A DNA stretch of 64,000 nt from Eubacteriales bacterium (GTDB lineage: Bacteria; Bacillota; Clostridia; Oscillospirales; CAG-272), in assembly GCA_045125655.1 (NCBI GenBank), contig JBGVNP010000115.1, forward strand, positions 4,797 through 68,796. The letters run 5' to 3'. Made by a program: the position numbers and the translations under genes. Every line of letters starts with the position of its first letter. Positions within the stretch are counted from its first letter, which is position 1. The notes under the pieces were generated by a model. The model had not been told where the DNA came from, ran no database searches, and saw only the letters and a list, made by a program, of their open reading frames with translations. This document shows positions 46,296 to 56,357 of this stretch, one piece after another.

Positions 46296-47000
46296 TTACT
46301 CTTTAAATTGATTGATAAATTGATTTGTGGTTTTAAATAGGGCTTCTTCGCAATCAATATCCGCCTTAGCGGAGAGAGCGCTAACCTGAAACAAGAGCTG
46401 TCCAAGCTGCTCGGAGCTTATATTTTCAGAGTTATCCGACATGACGGAAAGCTTATCCTGAATATCGGATATTAATTCTTTTTTATCAATTTCCTTATAT
46501 AATCCTGATTTTTTAGATACCTTTGATGCTCTCATTAACGCGGGAGTCATGGGAGGTACACTGTTCAGCTTATCATATAAAGTCTCTCTGCTCTTTTCAA
46601 CGTTTTTTATAGCTTCCCAATTTGAAAGTACCTCTTCGGAAGTGTTGGCGGAAACGTCTCCAAAGATATGAGGATGACGGTGTACAAGCTTTGCACATAC
46701 ATCATTTGCCACGTCATCAATATCGAATGTGCCCAATTCCTTTTCCATCTGAGTGTGGAAAACTACTTGAAGCAAAACGTCGCCAAGCTCTTCCCTGAGG
46801 AGCTTCGTATCGTTATTATCAATTGCTTCAATAACCTCATATGTTTCTTCTATAAAATTTTTTCTTATGCTTTGATGAGTTTGTTCGGTATCCCAAGGGC
46901 AGCCGTTTTCTCCTCTTAATATTTCGAGTATTAGACAAAGATCATAGAAATCATATCTTGATTTTGACAGTATTTTTTCAACCTTTTCATTTTTTATCAT
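46296..47000 (-). CDS. mazG: MazG nucleoside triphosphate pyrophosphohydrolase
   Basis: CPWDTEQTHQSI and EETYEVIEAI...ELGDVLLQVVFH MazG motifs. Confidence 0.9.
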   Translation of the reverse strand: MIKNEKVEKILSKSRYDFYDLCLILEILRGENGCPWDTEQTHQSIRKNFIEETYEVIEAIDNNDTKLLREELGDVLLQVVFHTQMEKELGTFDIDDVANDVCAKLVHRHPHIFGDVSANTSEEVLSNWEAIKNVEKSRETLYDKLNSVPPMTPALMRASKVSKKSGLYKEIDKKELISDIQDKLSVMSDNSENISSEQLGQLLFQVSALSAKADIDCEEALFKTTNQFINQFKE

Positions 47001-47016
47001 AACAATTCCTTCCTTT

Positions 47017-48639
47017 TTATATAAGGTGTAGCTTTCTTAACAGTTTAATAATCTTATCGCCTTTGGGTATCATAAGCAGCTCATCACCATTGATAACCTT
47101 TAATTTTAGAATACACAATACGTATGCTATACAAACTATTGCAATTATTGCCAATATATTGAGATTTGACACCCAAATCTCGTTAAATATAAAATAACAT
47201 CCCATTCCCACGATAATGGATATGAGAGCTGCAATAAACGGTCTGCCAAACAAACCAAACACCCCACTCAATTTGCCCGTACTCTTTAATATAAAATAGA
47301 GATTTATCGAAACTATAACTATAGTTGATATGAGCGTACTTATCGGAGCTCCATATATATTTATCTCCTTATTTCCTATTAACAAATACGCGGTGGCAAT
47401 TTTGACAAGCGTACCAGCAATCATACTAATGATCGGCTTATTCACCTGCTTATATGCCTGTAAAATTGCATTTGTTACAGTTATCATTGCGGATGAAAAA
47501 ACTGACAAGCCGAGCAACGACAAAAGCGGTGCAACGTATTCTATCTCTGCAGCTTGATTTTTAAAAAGCAAGAATAGAATCGACTTACTAAATACCGATA
47601 TTCCAAGTCCCGCGGGAAATGCCACAAGAGATGTCATTTTGAACGATAAGCTCACTATATTTTGAGATTTTACTACATCCTTTGACTCAATCGTTGAGGT
47701 AAGAAGCGGAACGAGCGGCAATGCTATTGCACTCACGAGCGTTGCGGGAAGATTGTATATCGATACCGCCATAGTGCTATATGATCCGTATATCGAATTT
47801 GCATCAATTTGCGTGTAACCAATATCGTTAAGTCGCCCTAAAATCATAGCCATATCAATAATTTTGGTGAGACTTAATATTGTGGAGCTTAACGTTATCG
47901 GAATTGCGATACTGAAAATATTTTTTAATATTTTCAGGGTATCGTCCAATCTCGATTCATCAATTGATGCTTGTTTGACTTTATAAAAAATCTTATACAG
48001 AATAAGAAACAAAAGCGACAATGCCACGCCCAAGGTAAGCCCAAAAACAGCATAGGATGCAACTATGGGAACGCTATATCCCTGTTTGATTGCAAATATT
48101 GCAAATCCAAGTCCCAAAAAGAGCTTGCCCAATGCTTCGATTACCTGTGAAATTGCAGTTGGAAGCATATTCTGATTGCCTTGAAAATATCCGCGCATCG
48201 CACTACTTAAACATATTAGGGCAAGTGTAGGCGAAATAGCAAAAATTGAGTATCTTGCGGCATCGTTTCTTATTATTAAAGCCAACTCGTTATCGAACAA
48301 TGCAAGAACAAGCGTGCCCACAAGACCGATCACGCCCAAAGATACCATTGATATCCTATATATCTTATTAGCGTTTTTAAATCTGTTTTGTGTATTGCTC
48401 TCGGAAACAAGAATAGAGATTGCTACGGGAATACCTGTGGTAGCAACAACAAAAAACAATGAGTATATATCGTAAGCCGAGTTAAAATATCCCATCCCCT
48501 CAGCACCGAGATATGCCATCATAGGAATCTTATAAAACATTCCTATAACTTTAACTATAAGCGTAGATATGGCGAGAACTGCAACACCCGACAAAAAGCT
48601 TTTTCCTTGCTTTTTATTATCAGTTTGATAGGTTGCCAT
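47017..48639 (-). CDS. MOP-superfamily flippase (SpoVB/YabM/MurJ-like)
   Basis: About 14 TM segments. N-terminal FLSGVAVLAISTLIVKVIGMFYKIP is typical of the SpoVB/polysaccharide biosynthesis family. Position matches the yabM slot upstream of mazG. Confidence 0.8.
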   Translation of the reverse strand: MATYQTDNKKQGKSFLSGVAVLAISTLIVKVIGMFYKIPMMAYLGAEGMGYFNSAYDIYSLFFVVATTGIPVAISILVSESNTQNRFKNANKIYRISMVSLGVIGLVGTLVLALFDNELALIIRNDAARYSIFAISPTLALICLSSAMRGYFQGNQNMLPTAISQVIEALGKLFLGLGFAIFAIKQGYSVPIVASYAVFGLTLGVALSLLFLILYKIFYKVKQASIDESRLDDTLKILKNIFSIAIPITLSSTILSLTKIIDMAMILGRLNDIGYTQIDANSIYGSYSTMAVSIYNLPATLVSAIALPLVPLLTSTIESKDVVKSQNIVSLSFKMTSLVAFPAGLGISVFSKSILFLLFKNQAAEIEYVAPLLSLLGLSVFSSAMITVTNAILQAYKQVNKPIISMIAGTLVKIATAYLLIGNKEINIYGAPISTLISTIVIVSINLYFILKSTGKLSGVFGLFGRPFIAALISIIVGMGCYFIFNEIWVSNLNILAIIAIVCIAYVLCILKLKVINGDELLMIPKGDKIIKLLRKLHLI

Positions 48640-48659
48640 GTTCTCGCCTCCTCTATATT

Positions 48660-49946
48660 TTAATCAAAATAGTGCTCACACACGTCTGCAAATTCGTATT
48701 TAACCTTTTCAATGTCAAGGGTTTTAAACTCTCCGTTGTGATAAAGGATTTCTCCGTCAACCATAGTGAGAAGCACGTTTGAAGAATTAGCACTGTATGA
48801 AAGCGTGCAATAAGTATCAAAGCAGGGCTGATTATTAAGTGCATTGAGATCGATCAACACAAGGTCTGCACGGTTGCCCACCTTGATTTTTCCGCAATCG
48901 TCTCTTCCCTGCGATTTTGCACCGTTATAGGTTGCCAAATCGAGCATTTGTGAAGCAAGCGTTGCCTCCGCATCTCGATTATATCCCTTATGCAAAATCG
49001 ATGCAAGCTGATATTCGCGCATAATATCAAGTGTATTATTGGATGCCGCACCGTCAGTTCCAAGGGATACGCATACTCCCTTTTCAAGCATTTTAGGGAG
49101 TCTTGCCACACCGCTACCGAGCTTAAGATTGCTCGTTGCATTGTGAGAAACAAATGCTCCGCTCTCAATAAGTATATCCATATCGCTATCCGTAACGTAT
49201 ACACAGTGTGCAAGAGTTGTAGGTGAAGAAAGCACGCCCGTATTCTTGAAATATTCAACTGGAGTCATACCGTGTCTCTTAATGCACTCAAGATGCTCAT
49301 TTTCGCTTTCAGATGCATGGAGCTGCATTCTTAGTCCGTTAGCTTTAGTATATTCAGCAACCTCGCGAATATACCTTTCCTGATTGGTGTATTCAGCATG
49401 AAGGGACATATCCATCTTCAATCTTCCACCATTAGCGTTTTGATATTGATTTATCCATTCGATAGATTCTGCAAATCTCCAGTCACCCTTTATAGTTGCA
49501 TTATCACCAAAAGAAACGAGAGAACGTGAAAGATTAGCTTTGATACCTGTTTCAACAACCGCTTCAGCAACGGAATTAACAAACATGTACATATCAGAAA
49601 AGGATACTATACCGTTCTTAAGCATCTCTGCTATAGCATATTTGGCACCAATATACACATTTTGTGTATTAAGGCGCTCCTCTGCGGGATATATTTTCTC
49701 ATTTAGCCAACGCGCAAGAGGAAGGTCTTCGCCATATCCTCTAAACATTACCATTGCCGCATGGCAGTGAGAGTTATAGAATCCCGGAATAAGAAGATTG
49801 CCGTTGCCATTTACAACTTCATCATATTCAAGCGGTTTGTCCTTGCCTATGTACTTTATTAAAGCTCCGTCTGTAAGAACATATATATGCTCGTCAGCAA
49901 ATCCGTATTCCTCAGGTATTCTGACGTTTTCAAATAAAATTTTCAT
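48660..49946 (-). CDS. mtaD: amidohydrolase, 5'-methylthioadenosine/S-adenosylhomocysteine deaminase-like
   Basis: NSHCHAAMVMFRGYGEDLPLARWL metal-binding motif, LHASE and GTDGAASNN. Confidence 0.85.
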   Translation of the reverse strand: MKILFENVRIPEEYGFADEHIYVLTDGALIKYIGKDKPLEYDEVVNGNGNLLIPGFYNSHCHAAMVMFRGYGEDLPLARWLNEKIYPAEERLNTQNVYIGAKYAIAEMLKNGIVSFSDMYMFVNSVAEAVVETGIKANLSRSLVSFGDNATIKGDWRFAESIEWINQYQNANGGRLKMDMSLHAEYTNQERYIREVAEYTKANGLRMQLHASESENEHLECIKRHGMTPVEYFKNTGVLSSPTTLAHCVYVTDSDMDILIESGAFVSHNATSNLKLGSGVARLPKMLEKGVCVSLGTDGAASNNTLDIMREYQLASILHKGYNRDAEATLASQMLDLATYNGAKSQGRDDCGKIKVGNRADLVLIDLNALNNQPCFDTYCTLSYSANSSNVLLTMVDGEILYHNGEFKTLDIEKVKYEFADVCEHYFD

Positions 49947-49958
49947 TCTTCCTCCTAA

Positions 49959-51443
49959 TTAATGACAAGCATAAAATGCTTTGATCTGCTCAATTGTATC
50001 GGCGCAGTTATGATTATCAAGATATTCATAAGGATATTTGGGATTAAAATGTCTTATTATTTTAGTTGACGCAATATTCGCGGGATAGTATTCAACTAGC
50101 TTTGTAACAGCTCCTGCGCCCACCGCAAGAATGGAATGCACCTCTTCCATCATATAAATGTTGTAAAGTCCCTCGTGTCCCTCTAATGCAAAGCCAACAT
50201 TTTCATAATTTCCTACGGTATTCTTTTGTCTATACATATAGTATGGGACATATCCTGCGGCTTGAGCACGTAGCTGTGAGTAATCAACGCATTTACCCGC
50301 ATCTCCGCCCCTTATCGAATATATATTCTGATTTTGAGCAAGAATATCTGCCGCCTTCTTAACACAGAATGTATGTACTGTAATATTTTCCGGCTCAAGA
50401 GCAATTATTTTATCAAAAGTAGATGAAAAATATTTAAAGTTATCTCCGGGCAAGCCAACGATAAGATCAGTATTTATAGATTTAATGCCCGATGCCTTTG
50501 CAATTTCAAAAGCTCGGTAAAACTCATCTATGCTATGGCTTCTGCCAATAGATTTTATAACCTGCTCGTTAAGAGATTGTGGATTGACACTGATTCTTGT
50601 AACACCGTGCTTCTTCGCTATTTCGAGCTTTTCTGCTGTAATGGTATCCGGTCTTCCTCCCTCAAGTGTAAATTCCTCAAGTGCATTAACGTCAATCCTT
50701 TCATCAATGAGGGATAAAAGTCTTTCAAGCTGAGCTTCGGTAAGAATGGTGGGTGTTCCTCCACCTATATAAATAGTTTTTAAATTAAGATTTAACTCCT
50801 TCACGGTGTCAAGTATCTGCACAAGCTCATCACAAAGCTTATCAAGATATGCAGGTATCAATGAAAGGAGCTTGGGAGTTGTGTAAGATACAAATGAACA
50901 ATATGAGCATCTTGACGGGCAAAAAGGAATGGAAATATAGATACTGCAATCTCTTATATCTGGATTGCCTATTATTTTCTGTTCTCTGCGAGCTATGTCC
51001 GTTGCAAGCGCTGCTTTTTTGGGAATAACAAAGTAGTCGCTATTCAATATCTTTCTGACCTTTGCTTTGCTATTGTTATTTAAAAGCATCTCCATAGCTA
51101 CTTTAGAGGGTCTTACACCTGTGAGCATACCCCACGAGGGTCTGTAACCCAAAATTTCGCTTCCTACTGCAAGAACCACGTTACCTGCGGCTATCTTAGC
51201 TGTTCTTTGCTTGGTGCGTTCAGGGGAAAATTCCACAGTCTTTTCAGCTGAAACAGTTTTACCCTTAAAGGTCAAGGTCGCAGTGGCATAAGAACCAACG
51301 TCAGAATTGGTTACCGAAACCTCCATAACAGGAGTATCTTCAGTAATTATTTGATTTTCAACAAATTTTTCTCCTGGGAAAAATATCATACACAACGTTT
51401 GAACGTAAAATGCATTGATATCCCCTTTAACAGTTAATTTCAT
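49959..51443 (-). CDS. hemZ: radical SAM coproporphyrinogen dehydrogenase-like protein (HemZ/HemN family)
   Basis: CPSRCSYCSF cluster motif and YIGGGTPT. 494 aa with an N-terminal extension, as in HemZ. Confidence 0.75.
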   Translation of the reverse strand: MKLTVKGDINAFYVQTLCMIFFPGEKFVENQIITEDTPVMEVSVTNSDVGSYATATLTFKGKTVSAEKTVEFSPERTKQRTAKIAAGNVVLAVGSEILGYRPSWGMLTGVRPSKVAMEMLLNNNSKAKVRKILNSDYFVIPKKAALATDIARREQKIIGNPDIRDCSIYISIPFCPSRCSYCSFVSYTTPKLLSLIPAYLDKLCDELVQILDTVKELNLNLKTIYIGGGTPTILTEAQLERLLSLIDERIDVNALEEFTLEGGRPDTITAEKLEIAKKHGVTRISVNPQSLNEQVIKSIGRSHSIDEFYRAFEIAKASGIKSINTDLIVGLPGDNFKYFSSTFDKIIALEPENITVHTFCVKKAADILAQNQNIYSIRGGDAGKCVDYSQLRAQAAGYVPYYMYRQKNTVGNYENVGFALEGHEGLYNIYMMEEVHSILAVGAGAVTKLVEYYPANIASTKIIRHFNPKYPYEYLDNHNCADTIEQIKAFYACH

Positions 51444-51452
51444 CTGATTCTC

Positions 51453-51902
51453 CTATTTTAATTGATTGCTATCCATAACTATCGTCACGGGGCCGTCATT
51501 TAAGATGCTTACCTGCATATCGGCGCCAAATTGACCCGTGCCGACATGCTTAAGCTCCGCCCTCATAAGCTCTACAAAGTATTCATAGAGCTGATTGGCA
51601 TGATCTGGAGAACCCGCGCCGAAATAGTCCGGTCTATTCCCTTTTTTATAATTGGCAAGCAAAGTAAATTGAGAAACTATAAGTGCCTCCCCGTCAATAT
51701 CCTTAACGGAAAGGTTCATTTTTCCGTTCTCATCGCAGAAGATTCTAAGCTTTGATATTTTAGCGGAAAGCAGCTCGGCATCTATTTTGGTATCATCCTT
51801 AGCAACACCAAGCAAGATCATAAGTCCGTGTGAGCATTCTCCGTTTATACGACCGTCTATACTTACACTTGCATTTTGAACTCTTTGAATAACAGCAATC
51901 AT
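51453..51902 (-). CDS. dtd: D-aminoacyl-tRNA deacylase
   Basis: MIAVIQRV...SQFTL...GNRP motifs, 149 aa. Confidence 0.95.
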   Translation of the reverse strand: MIAVIQRVQNASVSIDGRINGECSHGLMILLGVAKDDTKIDAELLSAKISKLRIFCDENGKMNLSVKDIDGEALIVSQFTLLANYKKGNRPDYFGAGSPDHANQLYEYFVELMRAELKHVGTGQFGADMQVSILNDGPVTIVMDSNQLK

Positions 51903-51914
51903 AATAAAATCCTT

Positions 51915-54122
51915 TTAGTTTTGAAATCCTCGGGAAACGTCATAAATTCCCGGAATGTTTGAAAGTCTTGAAACGATGGAATGATAGTGATCAGTATTTT
52001 TACATCCAATCTTCAAAGATACAAGTGATCCCGTTGAGGTTGTTTGCACGTTTATCTGCAAAATATCAACTCTCATATCGGCAAGGGCTCCCGAAATATC
52101 GGCAAGCATACCGATTCTATCATCAACTCGCATTTGAAGATTTGCTTCAAACAAGCTTCTCTTTTCGTTTGAATCCTCATCCCAGCTTGCACTAACCCAG
52201 CGATCCTTATATTCAGGATTATTTTTACCGCTTATCACGTTAGGGCAATCGCATTTGTGAATGGATATACCAAATCCCTTGGTAATAAAGCCGATGACTG
52301 AATCACCTGGCAAAGGATTACAGCATTTAGCAAATTTAACACTACATCCGCTCTCTCCATCAACGATAATTCCGCTATTGGAGCGAATTTTTCGTGGCTT
52401 AGCCGTTACCATATTTTCCTCGGTAACAACTGGCGCCGGCTCGGCAGGAGCAACTATTTTTGCAATCTCATCAATAATCTTGTTTTTAACCTTGGAAAGC
52501 TGAATTCCTCCATAGCCGATAGTGTTATAAAGATCTTCGGCAGTAGAAAATCCGTTTCTGACAGCTACGTTCTCAACCGCCTCAGTTCTCGTGGCTTCGT
52601 TTACGACATATCCCGCCTTCTTTATCTCGCCTTCAATCATTGAGCGTCCGAGAACTATATTATCGGCTCTCTTTTCCTTCTTGAACCATTGTCTTATTCT
52701 GTTTCGCGCACCGCTTGTGGTAACTATCTTTAACCAGTCACGGCTTGGTCCCTTAGAGGCGGACGAGGTGAGTATCTCGACGATCTCACCGTTTTGAAGA
52801 ACGCGGTCAATGGGCACTATCATACCGTTTATTTTTGCACCTATCATTTTGTGTCCTACGGCGCTGTGTATTGAATAGGCAAAGTCTATTGCCGTCGCTC
52901 CTTGAGGAAGAGCCACGACGTCACCATTAGGGGTGAATACAAAGGTTTCGTCGTGGAAGATATCAATCTTCAGTGCTTGCATAAACTCTTCGGGATCGCG
53001 CATTTCATCCTCTGTTTCAAGGAGCTTTGAGATCCATTCAAGCTTTTTATCGATTTCTTCCTTAGAGCGCTCGCCCGATTTATATTTCCAGTGCGCTGCC
53101 ACACCGTATTCAGCTATATGGTGCATCTCCCACGTTCTAATCTGCACCTCAAAAGGAATTCCGTATTTTCCAATAACCGTTGTATGAAGTGAACGGTACA
53201 TATTAGGCTTGGGAGTGGAAATATAGTCCTTAAATCTACCCGGAACGGAATTAAACATCTCGTGGATAAGTCCAAGAGCAGTATAACAGTCAAGCTCGGT
53301 ATCTACGATTATACGCAAAGCGTAAAAGTCGAAGATCTCATCAAAGCTCTTGTTTTGATTATACATCTTCTTGTATATACTATATACGGTTTTAATTCTT
53401 CCCTCAAGGGTAAATTTTATATTGTTCTCTCTTAGCTTATTATCAACCAAAAGTCGAACGTCCTCAATGAAATGAAGACTTTGTCCGTACTTTTTTTCGA
53501 TGTTATCGCGAACCTCATTGTATCCAATCGGATCGATATATTTTAAACCAAGATTCTCAAGCTCCTGCTTGATTTTCTGCATACCGAGACGGTGAGCCAA
53601 GGGAGCATAGACCTGCATTGTTTCAAGGGCAGTTATTCTTCTCTTGTGATCGGGCTTTGCATCGAGTGTTCTCATATTGTGAAGACGGTCGCAAAGCTTG
53701 ATAAAGATTACTCTTACATCCTTTGACATTGCGAGAAGCATCTTTCTAAGTGTTTCAATATGTGCTTCCTCTTTATCCTCAACCTTGAGAGTTACGATTT
53801 TAGTAAGACCGTCAACGAGCATCGCAACATCTTGACCAAAAAGCTTTTCTATTTCCTTAAGATTTGTCTTTTCCGAGCAATCTTCAACTGTATCGTGAAG
53901 AAGAGCTGCGCAAATAGAATCCGTATCAAGCTCAAGTCCTGCAACTATTTCAGCAACAGCGATGGGGTGCGATATATATGCATCTCCGCTGGCTCTGAAT
54001 TGTCCCTCGTGTAAAACACGCGCATATTCATATGCCTGCTCAATCTTTTCTATATCATATTTCTTGCCCGTTGCTTTAAGCATCGTGACAAGCTTTTCTA
54101 TACCAACTTGTGTAGTGGACAT
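51915..54122 (-). CDS. relA: bifunctional (p)ppGpp synthetase/hydrolase
   Basis: HD hydrolase (HPIAVAEI..LLHDTVED), RelA_SpoT synthetase (YRSLHT), TGS and ACT regions. Confidence 0.97.
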   Translation of the reverse strand: MSTTQVGIEKLVTMLKATGKKYDIEKIEQAYEYARVLHEGQFRASGDAYISHPIAVAEIVAGLELDTDSICAALLHDTVEDCSEKTNLKEIEKLFGQDVAMLVDGLTKIVTLKVEDKEEAHIETLRKMLLAMSKDVRVIFIKLCDRLHNMRTLDAKPDHKRRITALETMQVYAPLAHRLGMQKIKQELENLGLKYIDPIGYNEVRDNIEKKYGQSLHFIEDVRLLVDNKLRENNIKFTLEGRIKTVYSIYKKMYNQNKSFDEIFDFYALRIIVDTELDCYTALGLIHEMFNSVPGRFKDYISTPKPNMYRSLHTTVIGKYGIPFEVQIRTWEMHHIAEYGVAAHWKYKSGERSKEEIDKKLEWISKLLETEDEMRDPEEFMQALKIDIFHDETFVFTPNGDVVALPQGATAIDFAYSIHSAVGHKMIGAKINGMIVPIDRVLQNGEIVEILTSSASKGPSRDWLKIVTTSGARNRIRQWFKKEKRADNIVLGRSMIEGEIKKAGYVVNEATRTEAVENVAVRNGFSTAEDLYNTIGYGGIQLSKVKNKIIDEIAKIVAPAEPAPVVTEENMVTAKPRKIRSNSGIIVDGESGCSVKFAKCCNPLPGDSVIGFITKGFGISIHKCDCPNVISGKNNPEYKDRWVSASWDEDSNEKRSLFEANLQMRVDDRIGMLADISGALADMRVDILQINVQTTSTGSLVSLKIGCKNTDHYHSIVSRLSNIPGIYDVSRGFQN

Positions 54123-54132
54123 AAAAACTCCG

Positions 54133-56334
54133 TTAATTTTTAATGCATTGATTTTTTATTTTTTTAAGTATTGATGATTTTTCAATATTCGTCTTTTCAG
54201 AATTGAAATAGATATCATATCTGTAAATTCGCGGACTGATCTCTTCAACAGTGCAAATTTTTAATTCATTGAGAATCTCAAGTATAAGCTTTAATTTTGC
54301 AAGACGAATATTTGCATCCTTGATAGCCGAAATCTTTTTGAACATTTCAACCTCAGTCATCATATCGTTACCCGTTCTGAATTCGCGTCTTAAAAGTGTA
54401 TATACGACGGCAAAATCCTCTCTCGTTGGAATAAGATTATCGGATTCAAGATATTTTTCGCCCTTACGAACAGCAGAATACAAAAGATTTTCATTTTCAA
54501 AATATGCGAGATATTCATCCGAATGTCTTATATCTTGAAGAATCAACTGAACGCTTTCAACACCGTTAAACTTATTCACATCCAAGGAAAAAAGAAGGTC
54601 TACCATATCGCCCTCGTTTATCCTAAGATTAAAATAAGATTTATGGAAGATAATAGCGCTGACTGTTTTTCCATTATGCTCAAAAACGAATTTTGTATGA
54701 TTTCCGCTTCCAATGAGATATGCTCGCATAACCTTTACGCCGCGCATAATAAAGTTAGGAGTGGGATTGGCATTTCCAAACGGCTCAAGAATGGAAAGTT
54801 CCTTAGCAAGATTAAGCGTAATATCTTCAAATGAAAGTTCTCTATCCGCTTCTATGGTGTAATAAAGATCTTCCTCAGAAAGTACACTTTCTGCATATTT
54901 GTTTATCTTATCTCTAAAAGCAGGTATATCCTTTCTTCTTATACTGAGACCTGCTGCAAGCTCGTGTCCTCCAAATTTAACAAGTGTATCCTTGGAATAA
55001 GCAAGCGCTTCAACAAGATTGAATCCCTTGATGCTCCTACCAGAACCCTTTCCGATGTCAAGTCCGCTTGCCTCTCCCTCGGATGCTCCGTCAAAGGAGA
55101 TAAGTATTGAAGGCAAACCGTATTTGTCAGTAACCTTTGAGGATACGATACCTACAACCCCTTGCATCCATTCATCATCCTCAACTACGATCACCTTTTG
55201 ACTTGAAACGTCAAGGTGCTTTTCTATTTTTTGATAAGCTTCTTCAGCTATCTTATTTTCTTCTTTCTGTCTTTGATAATTTATTTCACAAAGCTCAATG
55301 GCGAGCTCTGCTGCCTGATTAACGTCATCGGAGAGCAAAAGCTCGACCGCACGTGTTGCAGAGCTTATTCGTCCTGCGGCATTGATCCTTGGAGCTATCG
55401 TAAATCCGATGTAGGTTGAATTTATCTTTCTCGGTCTTGATTGCTTTGAATTATCAATTGCAGGTCTTACGTTAGGATTTGAGCCGAGAGCCGCCGTTTC
55501 CATAAGAGCTAGCAAACCCAAACGAGGACTCTTTTCCAAAATCGACAAACCAAGTTTTACTATCATTCTGTTTTCGTCGACTATGGGCATAACGTCTGCT
55601 ATAGTACCTATAGCCACAAGATCTGCAAAACGATAATAGATTGATTTTACTGCATCAATCTCATTATCCTTGCCAAAAACATAGAGGATTTCATAAGCAC
55701 AAATAACCTTGAAAATTACTCCAACACCCGCAAGCTGCTTGAATGGATATTCACAGTCATCTCTATGAGGATTGACCACAGCCACCGCATCAGGAATCTG
55801 CTCCTGACATTCGTGATGGTCTGTAACCACAATGTCTATTCCCAGCGCTCTCGCGTATTCAACCTCATTTATGGCGGTAATACCCGTGTCAACCGTAATA
55901 ATAAGCGACACACCATAAGTGGACAAAAGCTTGATTGCATCGTTGGACAAGCCATATCCTTCACCAACTCTGTTGGGTATATAGTAACTCACCTGCGCCC
56001 CGAGATTTTTAAGGTACAAATAAAGAGTGGTTACCGACGTAACTCCGTCAACGTCATAATCTCCGTATATGACTATCCGCTCACCGTTATCTATCGCATC
56101 TTTTATTCTTGAAGCTGCCTTTTCAACGTCCTTCAAAATAAGAGGCGAATACATAAGGATATCCTCAAAATTCAAAAACGATTTAACATCTTGATTAGTT
56201 TTGTATCCCCTGTTATAAAGGAGCGACGCGCAAATTTCGGATATTCCATTATTTTTGGCAATATCGCTTACTATCTTTTTGTTTTCTTCGTTTTCGATAA
56301 ATTTAGATGACCAAACGGTCTTTCTTGTGCTCAT
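54133..56334 (-). CDS. recJ: single-stranded-DNA-specific exonuclease RecJ
   Basis: DHH motifs (YGDYDVDG, DHHE) and a DHHA1 domain. Start set to the ATG at 56334 after AGGAGG. Confidence 0.93.
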   Translation of the reverse strand: MSTRKTVWSSKFIENEENKKIVSDIAKNNGISEICASLLYNRGYKTNQDVKSFLNFEDILMYSPLILKDVEKAASRIKDAIDNGERIVIYGDYDVDGVTSVTTLYLYLKNLGAQVSYYIPNRVGEGYGLSNDAIKLLSTYGVSLIITVDTGITAINEVEYARALGIDIVVTDHHECQEQIPDAVAVVNPHRDDCEYPFKQLAGVGVIFKVICAYEILYVFGKDNEIDAVKSIYYRFADLVAIGTIADVMPIVDENRMIVKLGLSILEKSPRLGLLALMETAALGSNPNVRPAIDNSKQSRPRKINSTYIGFTIAPRINAAGRISSATRAVELLLSDDVNQAAELAIELCEINYQRQKEENKIAEEAYQKIEKHLDVSSQKVIVVEDDEWMQGVVGIVSSKVTDKYGLPSILISFDGASEGEASGLDIGKGSGRSIKGFNLVEALAYSKDTLVKFGGHELAAGLSIRRKDIPAFRDKINKYAESVLSEEDLYYTIEADRELSFEDITLNLAKELSILEPFGNANPTPNFIMRGVKVMRAYLIGSGNHTKFVFEHNGKTVSAIIFHKSYFNLRINEGDMVDLLFSLDVNKFNGVESVQLILQDIRHSDEYLAYFENENLLYSAVRKGEKYLESDNLIPTREDFAVVYTLLRREFRTGNDMMTEVEMFKKISAIKDANIRLAKLKLILEILNELKICTVEEISPRIYRYDIYFNSEKTNIEKSSILKKIKNQCIKN

Positions 56335-56357
56335 AAGCGCCCCTCCTTTCATAAGCA